A stretch of 61,543 nt of DNA from Caecitellus pseudoparvulus (GCA_965644315.1 CBFFRQ010000025.1:1-61543), one strand, 5' to 3'; counted from the first letter of the stretch, positions 41,711 to 53,025 are shown. Notes: generated by a model not told the origin, from the letters alone. Made by a program: numbers and translations.

Positions 41711-44632
41711 ATGGCACGCCCTGAAGGCAAGGGGGCCTCCGGAGGCATGGGAAGGCTGCGCATGCTTGTGAACACACCCATGACGTCGTGCAGCAACCCC
41801 GTGCTGGTCGCCACTAGCGCAAGTCGTGGAGCACACAGCGCCCCAAGCCTGACAAGCCGGGCAGCATCAACACCCGCGGCGCGGGCCACAACCCAGCCCG
41901 CCCCTGTCCATGAGGAGCCTGAGCAGGAAACAAAAGGACCCCAGCTTGCACAAACATCCTCAGCGGCGCCTCGCCACCGGCCTTCCCTCGCAGCGCGGTG
42001 GCAGCGGCGCGTTGCAGCACAGCAAGCACAGGCAGCGCAGCGCCTGCGAGAGCTGGAGGAGGCTCGGCGGCACCTGGTGGAGCACGAGGTGGCTGCGGCA
42101 GAGCACAAGCCAGGGGAGCTCAAAGGGCAAGATGGCGCGCGTCTGTACCCTGCACCCACCCCCACCGGTAAGCCTGAGCTGCACCTGGACCTGCCGCAAG
42201 GCACGGTGGGCAGTGTCGTGCAGGGGTGGGGCGGCTCCCAAGCTGGCTCCCACTCCCCGCCGGTGTCCCGCAGGGCGTCTCACAGCGCAGCTGAGAAGTC
42301 CACTGCCCCGCCCGATTCGCCTCCCATGCGCCTGACCATCGCTGCCGTGCGTGAGGGGAGCGACCTGCCCCTCATGGCATCCCCGAAACGCAGCACAGGG
42401 CTGGCCCCAGCAGCCCCCGTCTCCTTCCTGCCCGTCCCACCCTCCTTCGCCCCTCCAGGACTGGGCGAAGGCGCCCGGGCGACAGCGGCACTGACTGGCT
42501 CGCTGGCGGAGGATGGGGCATCGGCAGGCGGCCACATCCGCCGCCCCGGCATGTCCGAACCCGCCGCGTCGCCGCGCCGAGGCCCACTGCCATTCCCCCC
42601 CACACAAACCCTGATTTCCTCGCAACTGCTCTCTGAGGAGCAACCCGATAGGGAGGCCTCAAGCGGGGAGTCTGCCGCCCAAGACGAGGGGTGGGGACAT
42701 GGGGCCTCGCCTGCCCCAGCCCCAGCACCAGCCCCAGCGCCAACGCCAACGCCAGTACCAGTGCCAACGCATCTCGCAGAAGCAAAGCCTGCTGAAGAGT
42801 CGGATGTGCCTTCGTGGATGCAGCGCCCAGCATCCCCCGTGCCTCCCCCCCTCCCCACTCCACCACATGACTCTGATATGCCGTTCTGGCTCCGGCAATC
42901 TGTTGCACCAGCGCCAGCTCCGACCCCAGCTCCAGCTCCAGCTCCAGCTCCATCGCAAGCTTCATCACAAGCCTCAACGCAAACTCCGGCCGAGCCACAA
43001 GTGGAGCGTGTGGCATCCACCGGCACCCCCCCCCAGCCATCCCTGCCGAGCCGGAAGGGCAGGCGTGCCCGAACACTCACCGCTGAACAGGAGGCGTTGC
43101 TGGCGCGAACGCTGTCCCCCAAGCACTCCGCAGCCAAGGCGCCAGGGGGTGGGCCTCTCTTTGACGAGCCACCGCTGGCGCCTGACTCGGGCAGCCTGAG
43201 CCCCAGAGGCCGTGCCCAGACCTCTGACAGCGACGCGCTGTACCTTCCGTTGCCGGGGTGGCAGCCAGCCTCAGTGGCGCCAGCGCCGAGCAGCGCCCCA
43301 CGGCTGCAAGTCACGATCGCACCGGCCACCTCCACCTCGCTGCCACAGCCTTCCCCGCTGCAGGCCAGCCAGGGGCCACTGCTCGTGGGCATCCGTTCCA
43401 CGCCGCAGGCTGGGCCGTGGCAGGCGCCCACTGTGCCGGAGACGCACCCCGTCCTTCCGTCCCACCCGCGCACCCCCCGCGCAGAGGCATCCCAGGGCAG
43501 CAGCACGCCTGCGCCCGGGTCACCCTCCTCCACCGCATCCGTCACGGGGCGGGGTCCAGTGCCAGAGCTGTCTCCGGCGCTGCCCGGGGACGTGCCTTCA
43601 CACTCCCTGCAGGGCATGGGAGGCGAGCTCATGGCAGCCGCCCGAGCTGAGCAGCCGCTCCGTCTGCCCATACAGGGCGACAGCAGCACGCCCGCCAACC
43701 AACCCCGCCGACGAGCGGCGTCTGTCGAATCCGCGGGGCGAGTGGCGGAGTTGCGGCGGCAGCACACTTCCCGGGGGTCAGGCAGCTCGCCGCTGGCGCC
43801 AGGCCAGGCTGCCCCTGCCTCGCCCACCCCTAGCTCGGACAGTGAGGATGACGAGTACGCTGGGCTGCGGCCCCGGGCGGCGTCCAGCCCCGCGGCACAC
43901 ATGACTCAGGCACACATTTCTCTATACAAGCGCACCTTGCAGCCGACCGCCTCGCCCACGCACCTGGTGAACGCCCACCTGTCCCTGCAGCGCCGTATGT
44001 CACAGGGCAGGGAGGCGGAGCCTGCTCCAGCCCACTCCAGCGTGGCCCAGGCACAAGCGCTGGTTCCGGATCGAAGGGCGCCTCGACCGGCCACAGTCCA
44101 GTCGCCGCGGCCCAATCGCCAGCGCATCACCCAGCTACTGTACGGCGTCAACACGCCGCCTCGAGACCCCGTCGCCGCAGAGACTGCCCTGGCATCCCGG
44201 CGCGGTCGGGCGGAGGAGCATGCGCTAGCGTGCGCTGAGGCGGACGAGGTGGACGAGGAAGCCGGCGGCGTGGCGCCTGCTGTGCCCCTGAGAGGGGGGC
44301 TGGTGGCGGAGGAGGCCGCTGTGGCGGACGCGCGGGACCGAGGGCAGACGCTGCAGCCGGACATGGAGCACTTTTACGCCATGGATGGCTTCAGCAAGGA
44401 GGACTTGGCGGCCCTGGGCGTGGGGGATGTGCCGCTGCCGGCTCAGGCCGAGGCAGAGGAGGCCGCTGCAGGTGGTGGGGGCGTGCCGGGTGACATGTCT
44501 CTGGGCAACTTGTTCGCAGACATGCCTGTGGTGGAGGGTGGGGATGCGGGGGAGCTGGACTTGGAGGCGTTGCTGGACGAGCAGTGGATGCAGCAGCAGC
44601 ACGGGTTTCTGAGGGATGGCGAAGAGGGCTGA
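41711..44632 (+). CDS. Hypothetical Pro/Ala/Ser-rich disordered protein
   Basis: 973-aa ATG-initiated ORF filling the gap between neighbours, with (PA)n tracts and an acidic C-terminus. No domain recognised. Confidence 0.6.
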   Translation: MARPEGKGASGGMGRLRMLVNTPMTSCSNPVLVATSASRGAHSAPSLTSRAASTPAARATTQPAPVHEEPEQETKGPQLAQTSSAAPRHRPSLAARWQRRVAAQQAQAAQRLRELEEARRHLVEHEVAAAEHKPGELKGQDGARLYPAPTPTGKPELHLDLPQGTVGSVVQGWGGSQAGSHSPPVSRRASHSAAEKSTAPPDSPPMRLTIAAVREGSDLPLMASPKRSTGLAPAAPVSFLPVPPSFAPPGLGEGARATAALTGSLAEDGASAGGHIRRPGMSEPAASPRRGPLPFPPTQTLISSQLLSEEQPDREASSGESAAQDEGWGHGASPAPAPAPAPAPTPTPVPVPTHLAEAKPAEESDVPSWMQRPASPVPPPLPTPPHDSDMPFWLRQSVAPAPAPTPAPAPAPAPSQASSQASTQTPAEPQVERVASTGTPPQPSLPSRKGRRARTLTAEQEALLARTLSPKHSAAKAPGGGPLFDEPPLAPDSGSLSPRGRAQTSDSDALYLPLPGWQPASVAPAPSSAPRLQVTIAPATSTSLPQPSPLQASQGPLLVGIRSTPQAGPWQAPTVPETHPVLPSHPRTPRAEASQGSSTPAPGSPSSTASVTGRGPVPELSPALPGDVPSHSLQGMGGELMAAARAEQPLRLPIQGDSSTPANQPRRRAASVESAGRVAELRRQHTSRGSGSSPLAPGQAAPASPTPSSDSEDDEYAGLRPRAASSPAAHMTQAHISLYKRTLQPTASPTHLVNAHLSLQRRMSQGREAEPAPAHSSVAQAQALVPDRRAPRPATVQSPRPNRQRITQLLYGVNTPPRDPVAAETALASRRGRAEEHALACAEADEVDEEAGGVAPAVPLRGGLVAEEAAVADARDRGQTLQPDMEHFYAMDGFSKEDLAALGVGDVPLPAQAEAEEAAAGGGGVPGDMSLGNLFADMPVVEGGDAGELDLEALLDEQWMQQQHGFLRDGEEG

Positions 44633-44693
44633 AGGGGTGGGTGTCATGCCTTTGCATTTGCCGAATTCACACATGAGAGCAGTCTGCCGCCCC

Positions 44694-47600
44694 TCACGCA
44701 CGCTTGACACGCGTCCACAAGGTATCACTGCTGGCAGCGGAGTCATCCAAGCCCCGTCGCCCGCCCATTGGCGACACGACCCGCATGCGCCGTGGCGTGC
44801 CGCCGCGCGCCTTGTGGGGGCTGCGTGCCTGCTTCCGGCTTCGTGCAGGGCTGCGCGATTTCAGCTCGCGGGACAGCAGGCGGCAGTACTGCTGGATGTC
44901 TGCCGCCTCACCCTGCGTGGCGGCAGCCATGCCGGAGCGAGCTTCACGTAGCCACTGCCGCAGCTGCTCCGCCGGCACCTGCGCCAGTTGCAGGTGAGGC
45001 GACCCTGCCGCGCCAGCAGCGCTGCTGCCCGCTGCGGGGGGTCGTGAGCGTCTGGAGGCACTTCGCAGTTTGTGCGGGGTGTGCTTTGACCGCGCCTTCT
45101 GCCCCCGCTGCTTGGTGGAGCGGCGGGAGGGCAAAGATGACCCAGCAGCAGCAGCAGCAGGCTCCGGAGCAGGGGCTGGGGGTGGCGCCGTCCTTGCGCT
45201 GGTACGTGCTGCCAGGTCGGCCAGGCGACTGGTGAAGGTTCGCAGGCTGCTGGAGCCGGGCGAGGGGGACCGGTCCTGCAGGGCAGTGCCCGCGGAGGGC
45301 GGGGCGCCGCCGAATGCTTGGGAGAAAGCCCGCGTGCTGCTGGACTCGGGGCTCCACACGGGGCTGTGGGGAGGCCGGCGGGGAGGGGTGCTGGGCGGCA
45401 CCGCGGCGGCGTCGTGTCCTGCGACGGACTCAGAGTGACCCGTGGCCACAGACGACAAGCCGTCCTCCGCCTCCACATTCTTGCGCCCCAGACCAGCACC
45501 GAGTCCGTCCCGCTCCCGCAGCGCGCTGGCAGACAGTTGCTGCGTGCGGGGCCCCCCTGTCTCCCCAGGTTCCAACCCCCCTTCCCTCCTCGATACAGCC
45601 CGGCGGAGTGTCTCCACCTCGGCCACCAGGGCACACCTTGCGTCCTCCGCCGCCTCAGCCGCCGCCTTGGAGTCCTGGGCTGACGCGGCAGCCGCCTGCT
45701 CCAGCAAGCGGACCTTGCGTCGCAGCGCTGCCACGTCCGCCTCCCGTGCCGTCAACTCGGAAGCCAATTTTTCAGCCCTGGCCGCCGTGGCACGGGCTTC
45801 ACCGGCAGGCACACTCATGGCCAGGGCGGCGCGGATTTCAGCGTCCCGACCCTCCTCCAGACTCTTGGCTCGGGCCAGCGCCGCCTGCGCCAGCTTCACA
45901 CTGGGGTGCTCTGCGGACGCCCCGCCCTGCGTCCCAGGCCGCAGGGTGGATCTCAGCGCGTCAAACGCCTCCCGCGCCTGGGCCAGCTCTTGCTGCACGT
46001 CGCCGGCCGCAGCGAGCATTCGCCTGCAGGCTGAGGCGTGGGACTGCCGCAGCTCACGGCTGGTCTTGTGGGCCATGTCCAGGGCTGCCGCCTCTGCCTC
46101 CGCCTGTGCCGCCGCGCGAGCCTCTGCCGCTGCCGCCTGCCGCCGTGCCGCTGCGGCAGCCACCTGGGCTGAGTGCACGGCAGTGGCAGCTTCTGCCAGC
46201 AGGGACGCTTTGTGCTCCACTGACCGAGTCAGGCTGGTGACGTTGTCTGACAGCCGCGTGATGGCGGCAGCGGAACGCGTGGTGAGCTGCGCAGATCCGC
46301 TTGGGGCCTGTGGCACAGCCCGCAAGTTGGCAGCCTTGCACGCTTGTTGGGCCTGGCCAATGACAGAGGTGAGGGTGTCTGTGATGATGTTGGAGGTCGT
46401 CAGGAGGTCCCCCCACGCGCCAGTGCCAGTGGCAGGCGCCACCTGGTTCAGGCTCGTCAGCATATCCTTCCACACTGAGAACAGCCCTGCGAGGGAGGAC
46501 AGCACTGCCTTGCTGCTGCGGGCACACTGCACAGCGGCTGCTGAGTCTCCACTGGCTCCCGCCTCTGGCCGGGCGTGGGACACTGCCTCCAGACTCGCCA
46601 CCACCTCTGCGTGCTGCTGCTTCAGACCCTCCAGCGCCGCTGTCCGTTCAGCACACAGCTCCTTGTATGCGGCAAGTTCCTCCGCCACGTAGTCGGCGCT
46701 GGCTGCAGGCGCTGCGACGAGAGCCGTGTGGCGGCCTGGTCGCGGCACCGCAGTGCTGGGCACGGCGGGCGGCACAGCAGCCATGGCTTGCAGCGCATCT
46801 TGCAGCTCGCCCAGGCGGGAGGTGACGCGCTCCAGGTGCCCCTCTGCGCTGAGCATGAAGCTTCGGAGGCCGCTGCTCGCATCGGCACCGGTGGTCGCGT
46901 CGGCGTCGCGGAAGGCAGCTTGCAGGCGTGCCTTGGACTCGGCGTCGCGCGCCACCACCGCCGCTGCAACTTGCTGCTGCAAGTCCGACACGGCGCCCTT
47001 CGCCGCGGCAAGGGCCGTGTCCTGTGTCTCCAGCGCAGCTTGCAGCTGGGAGACTTTCTGCTTCTGGGACTGCAGCTCTCGTTGGGCGTCTTGAAGCTCG
47101 GCTTCCAGGCGAGACTTGGCGCCGCCTTCCCGCTCGGCAGCTTGGCGGACTGCCGCGGCGTCGCCTTCCGCGTCAGCTGCTGCCTTGCCCGCCTCCACCA
47201 TACTGAAGCGCACGGTGGAGACGAGGGACAGAATGGCGGCCGTGTCTGGGGCCTCCCGCGCGGCAGGTGGCTGGGGCAGGAGGGAGGCCACAGCGTGCCA
47301 CACCGTGCGAGCGGTCTTGTCCGCATGGTCAGTCGCGGCCGCTTCCCGCCTGCCGGCAGCCTCGGCCGCACTCTCAGCGCGCTGCAGCGCCAGGCGCAAG
47401 CTGGTGATGGCGGACTGCACACCTTGCAGTCGTGGCAGTGCTGCAAGTGCTTCCGCCTCCGTGTCCTGGCTGCCGGAGTGCGTGGATGCGGCAGGCACGT
47501 CCGCTGCATCTGCGACGGCATGCGCCGCAGCAAGGAGTCGCAGCGTCACAAGGCTCTGGCCAGGGTGTGAGGCAGCTGTGGCAGGAACCGGCACGACTTG

Positions 47601-50600
47601 CCTGTCCTGCGTGGTGTCAACTAACTCCTTGCTCTGGCTCAAGGAAGTGGAAGCCTCTGGAGCAGCGGCCGCAGCTGCAGCAGCCTTGGCCTGTGCCGCC
47701 TCCCGTGTGGCCTGCAGCAGCTGGTCCTGAACATCGGCAAGGCGCACCTCTGCAGCGGTGCACCGAGATGACGCGGCTGCCTCTGCCTCCTGGCTGTCCT
47801 TCAGTGCCCCCTGCAACTCGCGGTTCGTGCTCAGGGCCGCTTCCAGCCGGGCCGACAAACTCTCAGCCGCTGCGATGCGGGCGGTGGCCTCTGCCGCCGC
47901 GCTGCGGGCTGCAGACACGGCATCAGCTGCTTCTTCCTGCAGCCTCGCGCGCTCACCCTGGCTGTCCTTGAGCTGCCGCCCAGCCTCCGCTGCCAGGCCG
48001 GCGCAGCGGCGGCACTCACGCTCCGCCTCGTGCAGGGCGCTTCGCAGCTGCGCCTCGGACGCCACCAGCTCCTTGCAACGCGCCTCCAACGCAAGCGTCT
48101 CGCGCCGCCGGTGCAGCAGGCGGCCTGCCAGCGACCGTAGCTCGGACCGTACCCGCTCCTCCCGTTCCCCGGCAGCCTCCAACTGCACGGCGAGGGAGGC
48201 CTCTCGCTGGGACGCCGCCACGGCAGCAGCCGTTTCGTCACTGACATCAGCGCCCAGAACGTCGCGGGCCGGCGTGGCGGTCATGGCCACCGCCAGGGAG
48301 GGCGACATGAACAGGGGCAGGCCATCCCCAGGCCCAGAGCCGGCATCGTACCGTGCGCGTTTGGGCGTCTTGGTCGGAGTCATGGCCACCGAGGTTGAGT
48401 GCCCTCCCGCGGCGTACGTTGAAGCCGCCGCCGTCACCACACGCAGTCGTTCCTCCAGATGGTTGCTGCGCTTCCTGGCCGCCTCCAACGCAGCACGGAG
48501 GCCACCCACCTCCCGCGCCAACGACAGGCGCTCCTCGTCTGCGGCAGCCAGGCTGGCCTGCAAGTCCTGCACCTCGCGCCGCTCAGCCACGGCCCCCGCC
48601 TGCATGGCAGCCAGCTCACGCGACAAGGAGGCGCTGGTCGCAGATGCCGACTCGTTCGCCGACTGCGCTGCAGCCAGCTGCTCTCCCAGGGAAGTCTCCG
48701 CTGCCTCTGCGCGGGCCAGGCGGCTCTCCAAGGACGCCACTTGCAGCTGCAGTTCTTGCTGCGTGGCCATGGCCACGGCTGCTTCGCCTTGTGCCGCCTC
48801 GGCAGCTTCCAGTGCCTGCGCCGAGCGGCCTGCCTCCGCCCCCACTCGCGCTCGGAGGGTGGACACTTCACCCACCAAGTGCCGCTCCCGCTCATTGCCC
48901 TCCTCCACTTGCCCCAGCAGCACACTGACCTCGGCACGCAGGCCAGCAGCCTCTGCGGCCAGGCGATGATGACTTGTGCGGAGGACCTGTAGCTCTTGGG
49001 CAGCCAGGGCCGCGGTGGCGGAAGCGGTGGGTGTGTCACCCTCCAGCAGTGGCCCAGTGCTGATGGACGTGTCGGCACTGCTGCAAGCCTGCAGAGCTTC
49101 CAGACTCTGCTCTGCCGCAACGCATCGGCGCTGCCAAGCGCTGCAGTCATCTCGTGCCTTGGACAGGGCTGTGCGAAGCGCCTCCTGCGCCTGGGCGTCT
49201 GCCGCTGAGAAGGGGGCATTTGAATGGGAGGCCTGGGCGGCCTGCGTTGGGCGCTGCTGCAGCGCCTTCTTGGCTTCCTTCAGCAGCTGTGCAGCAGCCT
49301 CTTCACTGGCGGCGATCCGCTGTGCAGCCGTGTTGACTGCTTCCTCCTTCCGCTGCAGCTCCTTGCGGCGTGCTTGCACCTGGGCCTCAGCAGTGGACAC
49401 TGCAGCTGCTCGTTCAGCTCCAGCGGCCTCGAGTGCTTGGAGCTCTGCAGCCTTCTGATTCAATGCAGCCTCCCTCGCCCGAAGAGCGGCAGCTTCGTTC
49501 GACAAGGCAAGCCTTTCTTGTGCCACAGCGATACGGTCGTCGCCAACCTGGGAACTTGCATCCGCCAGCTCCTTGCTCTCCGACCGCGCAGCAGCCGAAA
49601 GCGATTGCTGAAAGGCGGTCCGCTCTGCTTCAACCGCCCTGACTTGCCCTTCCAGCATCTCAACCCTGTCCTGCAGACTGCGCACCTTCTCCTGCAGCGC
49701 CGCCTCCGACGCCTCCGCCGCCTGCTTGCCACTCTCCAGACTGCTCACCTGTGCCGCCAGCGCATCACGCTCAGACTGCAGACGCTGCACAGCGCCAGCC
49801 AGCTCCTCCTGAGCACTGCCCGCCTCACCCGCCAGCGCCTGCAGACTGCGCACCTTCTCCTGCAGCGCCGCCTCCGACGCCTCCGCCGCCTGCTTGCCAC
49901 TCTCCAGACTGCTCACCTGTGCCGCCAGCGCATCACGCTCAGACTGCAGACGCTGCACGGCGCCAGCCAGCTCCTCCTGAGCACTGCCCGCCTCACCCGC
50001 CAGCGCCTGCAGACTGCGCACCTTCTCCTGCAGTGCCGCCTCTGACGCCTCCGCCGCCTGCTTGCCGCTCTCCAGACTGCTCACCTGTGCCGCCAGCGCA
50101 TCACGCTCAGACTGCAGACGCTGCACAGCGCCAGCCAGCTCCTCCTGAGCACTGCCCGCCTCACCCGCCAGCGCCTGCAGACTGCGCACCTTCTCCTGCA
50201 GTGCCGCCTCCGACGCCTCCGCCGCCTGCTTGCCACTCTCCAGACTGCTCACCTGTGCCGCCAGCGCATCACGCTCAGACTGCAGACGCTGCACGGCGCC
50301 AGCCAGCTCCTCCTGAGCACTGCCCGCCTCACCCGCCAGCGCCTGCAGACTGCGCACCTTCTCCTGCAGTGCCGCCTCCGACGCCTCCGCCGCCTGCTTG
50401 CCACTCTCCAGACTGCTCACCTGTGCCGCCAGCGCATCACGCTCAGACTGCAGACGCTGCACGGCGCCAGCCAGCTCCTCCTGAGCACTGCCCGCCTCAC
50501 CCGCCAGCGCCTGCAGACTGCGCACCTTCTCCTGCAGTGCCGCCTCCGACGCCTCCGCCGCCTGCTTGCCACTCTCCAGACTGCTCACCTGTGCCGCCAG

Positions 50601-52115
50601 CGCATCACGCTCAGACTGCAGACGCTGCACGGCGCCAGCCAGCTCCTCCTGAGCACTGCCCGCCTCACCCGCCAGCGCCTGCAGACTGCGCACCTTCTCC
50701 TGCAGTGCCGCCTCCGACGCCTCCGCCGCCTGCTTGCCACTCTCCAGACTGCTCACCTGTGCCGCCAGCGCATCACGCTCAGACTGCAGACGCTGCACGG
50801 CGCCAGCCAGCTCCTCCTGAGCACTGCCCGCCTCACCCGCCAGCGCCTGCAGACTGCGCACCTTCTCCTGCAGCGCCGCCTCCGACGCCTCCGCCGCCTG
50901 CTTGCCACTCTCCAGACTGCTCACCTGTGCCGCCAGCGCATCACGCTCAGACTGCAGACGCTGCACGGCGCCAGCCAGCTCCTCCTGAGCACTGCCCGCC
51001 TCACCCGCCAGCGCCTGCAGACTGCGCACCTTCTCCTGCAGCGCCGCCTCCGACGCCTCCGCCGCCTGCTTGCCACTCTCCAGACTGCTCACCTGTGCCG
51101 CCAGCGCATCACGCTCAGACTGCAGACGCTGCACGGCGCCAGCCAGCTCCTCCTGAGCACTGCCCGCCTCACCCGCCAGCGCCTGCAGACTGCGCACCTT
51201 CTCCTGCAGCGCCGCCTCCGACGCCTCCGCCGCCTGCTTGCCGCTCTCCAGACTGCTCACCTGTGCCGCCAGCGCATCACGCTCAGACTGCAGACGCTGC
51301 ACGGCGCCAGCCAGCTCCTCCTGAGCACTGCCCGCCTCACCCGCCAGCGCCTGCAGACTGCGCACCTTCTCCTGCAGTGCCGCCTCCGACGCCTCCGCCG
51401 CCTGCTTGCCACTCTCCAGACTGCTCACCTGTGCCGCCAGCGCGTCACGCTCAGACGTGAGTTCGGTCACCCTTTCAGCACCTTGATGTCGGGCAGCCTC
51501 TGCCTCCGTCCTTAGCTCGTTCAAGTAGAGCCGCAGCTGACTCAGCGGACCGGTGCCATCGGCAACGAGGCCAAACTCTGCCATGAAGGCACGCATCTCT
51601 TGCTGTTGGTGGGTAGCAGCTGCCTCTTGGCGAGCTGCGGCTTCGCTCGCTGCAGCTTTCGCGTCAGCCAGCTGTGCCTTCAGCGCATCCAGCTGGAGTT
51701 GCAAGTCAGCTGAAGTGCCTGCTTCGTCCTGGTGCAGGCTGGCGTCCCCTGCAGCAAGTTCTAACTCCGCTTGCTTCATGTTCTCCATCGCAACTTGCTG
51801 TTCTGCCACGTACTGAAGCAGTTGTGCTGCCAGAGTGCGAAGCTGCTCGCTGCTGATGTGGCTGTCCTCTTCACCAAGCGTGGCCACACAAGCATCGTGC
51901 TGCGCCAGAATCGCATCCAGTGTGACATGTACAAGTGCCGCTTGCTGGGTAGCGCCGTGAGGGACCAACGCCAGCGCGCGCTCATGCAAGTCCTCTGTGA
52001 AGCAGCAATGTGCAGTGCAAACTTGCGGGCCAAAGTGGGCATGACAACTCACTTGTGCCTTCAGCTCCTTTGCGGAAGCTTGTCCGAGGTGTGTACGGAT
52101 AATCCTTCTGCACAA
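44694..52115 (-). CDS. Giant coiled-coil protein (>2,400 aa) with 56-aa tandem repeats; 5' end uncertain
   Basis: 7.4-kb ORF of heptad-rich sequence. The true start is probably in upstream spliced exons that could not be resolved. Confidence 0.8.
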   Translation of the reverse strand: MCRRIIRTHLGQASAKELKAQVSCHAHFGPQVCTAHCCFTEDLHERALALVPHGATQQAALVHVTLDAILAQHDACVATLGEEDSHISSEQLRTLAAQLLQYVAEQQVAMENMKQAELELAAGDASLHQDEAGTSADLQLQLDALKAQLADAKAAASEAAARQEAAATHQQQEMRAFMAEFGLVADGTGPLSQLRLYLNELRTEAEAARHQGAERVTELTSERDALAAQVSSLESGKQAAEASEAALQEKVRSLQALAGEAGSAQEELAGAVQRLQSERDALAAQVSSLESGKQAAEASEAALQEKVRSLQALAGEAGSAQEELAGAVQRLQSERDALAAQVSSLESGKQAAEASEAALQEKVRSLQALAGEAGSAQEELAGAVQRLQSERDALAAQVSSLESGKQAAEASEAALQEKVRSLQALAGEAGSAQEELAGAVQRLQSERDALAAQVSSLESGKQAAEASEAALQEKVRSLQALAGEAGSAQEELAGAVQRLQSERDALAAQVSSLESGKQAAEASEAALQEKVRSLQALAGEAGSAQEELAGAVQRLQSERDALAAQVSSLESGKQAAEASEAALQEKVRSLQALAGEAGSAQEELAGAVQRLQSERDALAAQVSSLESGKQAAEASEAALQEKVRSLQALAGEAGSAQEELAGAVQRLQSERDALAAQVSSLESGKQAAEASEAALQEKVRSLQALAGEAGSAQEELAGAVQRLQSERDALAAQVSSLESGKQAAEASEAALQEKVRSLQALAGEAGSAQEELAGAVQRLQSERDALAAQVSSLESGKQAAEASEAALQEKVRSLQDRVEMLEGQVRAVEAERTAFQQSLSAAARSESKELADASSQVGDDRIAVAQERLALSNEAAALRAREAALNQKAAELQALEAAGAERAAAVSTAEAQVQARRKELQRKEEAVNTAAQRIAASEEAAAQLLKEAKKALQQRPTQAAQASHSNAPFSAADAQAQEALRTALSKARDDCSAWQRRCVAAEQSLEALQACSSADTSISTGPLLEGDTPTASATAALAAQELQVLRTSHHRLAAEAAGLRAEVSVLLGQVEEGNERERHLVGEVSTLRARVGAEAGRSAQALEAAEAAQGEAAVAMATQQELQLQVASLESRLARAEAAETSLGEQLAAAQSANESASATSASLSRELAAMQAGAVAERREVQDLQASLAAADEERLSLAREVGGLRAALEAARKRSNHLEERLRVVTAAASTYAAGGHSTSVAMTPTKTPKRARYDAGSGPGDGLPLFMSPSLAVAMTATPARDVLGADVSDETAAAVAASQREASLAVQLEAAGEREERVRSELRSLAGRLLHRRRETLALEARCKELVASEAQLRSALHEAERECRRCAGLAAEAGRQLKDSQGERARLQEEAADAVSAARSAAAEATARIAAAESLSARLEAALSTNRELQGALKDSQEAEAAASSRCTAAEVRLADVQDQLLQATREAAQAKAAAAAAAAPEASTSLSQSKELVDTTQDRQVVPVPATAASHPGQSLVTLRLLAAAHAVADAADVPAASTHSGSQDTEAEALAALPRLQGVQSAITSLRLALQRAESAAEAAGRREAAATDHADKTARTVWHAVASLLPQPPAAREAPDTAAILSLVSTVRFSMVEAGKAAADAEGDAAAVRQAAEREGGAKSRLEAELQDAQRELQSQKQKVSQLQAALETQDTALAAAKGAVSDLQQQVAAAVVARDAESKARLQAAFRDADATTGADASSGLRSFMLSAEGHLERVTSRLGELQDALQAMAAVPPAVPSTAVPRPGRHTALVAAPAASADYVAEELAAYKELCAERTAALEGLKQQHAEVVASLEAVSHARPEAGASGDSAAAVQCARSSKAVLSSLAGLFSVWKDMLTSLNQVAPATGTGAWGDLLTTSNIITDTLTSVIGQAQQACKAANLRAVPQAPSGSAQLTTRSAAAITRLSDNVTSLTRSVEHKASLLAEAATAVHSAQVAAAAARRQAAAAEARAAAQAEAEAAALDMAHKTSRELRQSHASACRRMLAAAGDVQQELAQAREAFDALRSTLRPGTQGGASAEHPSVKLAQAALARAKSLEEGRDAEIRAALAMSVPAGEARATAARAEKLASELTAREADVAALRRKVRLLEQAAAASAQDSKAAAEAAEDARCALVAEVETLRRAVSRREGGLEPGETGGPRTQQLSASALRERDGLGAGLGRKNVEAEDGLSSVATGHSESVAGHDAAAVPPSTPPRRPPHSPVWSPESSSTRAFSQAFGGAPPSAGTALQDRSPSPGSSSLRTFTSRLADLAARTSARTAPPPAPAPEPAAAAAGSSLPSRRSTKQRGQKARSKHTPHKLRSASRRSRPPAAGSSAAGAAGSPHLQLAQVPAEQLRQWLREARSGMAAATQGEAADIQQYCRLLSRELKSRSPARSRKQARSPHKARGGTPRRMRVVSPMGGRRGLDDSAASSDTLWTRVKRA
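49671..51455 (-). repeat. Coding tandem repeat, 168-bp unit x ~10.6
   Basis: Unit encodes SERDALAAQVSSLESGKQAAEASEAALQEKVRSLQALAGEAGSAQEELAGAVQRLQ. The same register recurs at 49921 and 50761 (840 = 5 x 168). Confidence 0.97.
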
Positions 52116-52942
52116 GCATGATTCACTTGGTGACTTCCCTGCATGTCGCTGGTTGCGCAGAGCAGCAGGTCGGAGCGGCGGCTCACGTGTTGCGTCTCTG
52201 GGCCAGTGGGCGGTGTGTGAAGGGCCGGGGAAGGCGACCCTTGCGCAGCTTCTGGAGACTGGAACGACACACTGGTACTTGGACGGGGAGAGTCTGTCGC
52301 TTCGCTGGCAGTGGTTCCAATGAACACAGCCCCTGGCCTTGCGCGAGGTGCGCTCGCCGGCCGTTGGGTGCGGAACTTGGTCAGCTGCGCAGGCAGGAGA
52401 AAGCGGAGTGAGGGCCTGCCTTGGGACACAGCTGTGCGTGAAAACCTACTTTCTGTTTTCCGAGCTGTAGCAGACGAGCTCGGGTTTGAGAGTCTGATGC
52501 CGCCATAGCACACCAAGGCCCAACGGAAGCCAGCAACAAACTGCAGCACCAGGCAGGCGATCCCTTGAAAACAGGCGCAAGCCGGCAATGCTGTAGGTTA
52601 CCTCGGCTTGGATATGAGAGGAATCAATGTCCTATTAGTGCAAGGTCGTTCCTTGCCAGTGCTGCGCACGTGTGGGTATTGGTAGGCGTCTCAACTGGCA
52701 GGGGGCGTGCATGTCCAACGGCACCCCCCCTCGCCTCGCCTCGGCTTGTCCACGCATCATTCCCCCCCGCCCAGCACATCCACACCTGCACCCGCAGTGT
52801 GGATGTCAAGTCAGCTCTGCAGCTCCTGCTGGCTGTGCAGACAGCCTGCCCAGCAGGAGCTGTGCCTGGGTCTCCGCCATGAAGGGGTGAGGTGAGTGGC
52901 TTGCGTGCGTTTGTCAGTCAGTGCGAGTGTGTGTGTGGTCTT

Positions 52943-53025
52943 GGGCGGTGAGGAAGACAAACCAGACTCAGCAAGGGGTTACCAACTTCCACTGTTGACA
53001 GATATCACCCATATATTCTGAGCCC
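52943..53025 (+). ncRNA. Box C/D snoRNA candidate A (copy 2)
   Basis: Identical to 35134-35216. Confidence 0.55.

Noticed and set aside
49671-51455. CRISPR-like array
   Set aside because: Contiguous 168-bp coding units with no unique spacers and no cas genes, in a eukaryotic context.
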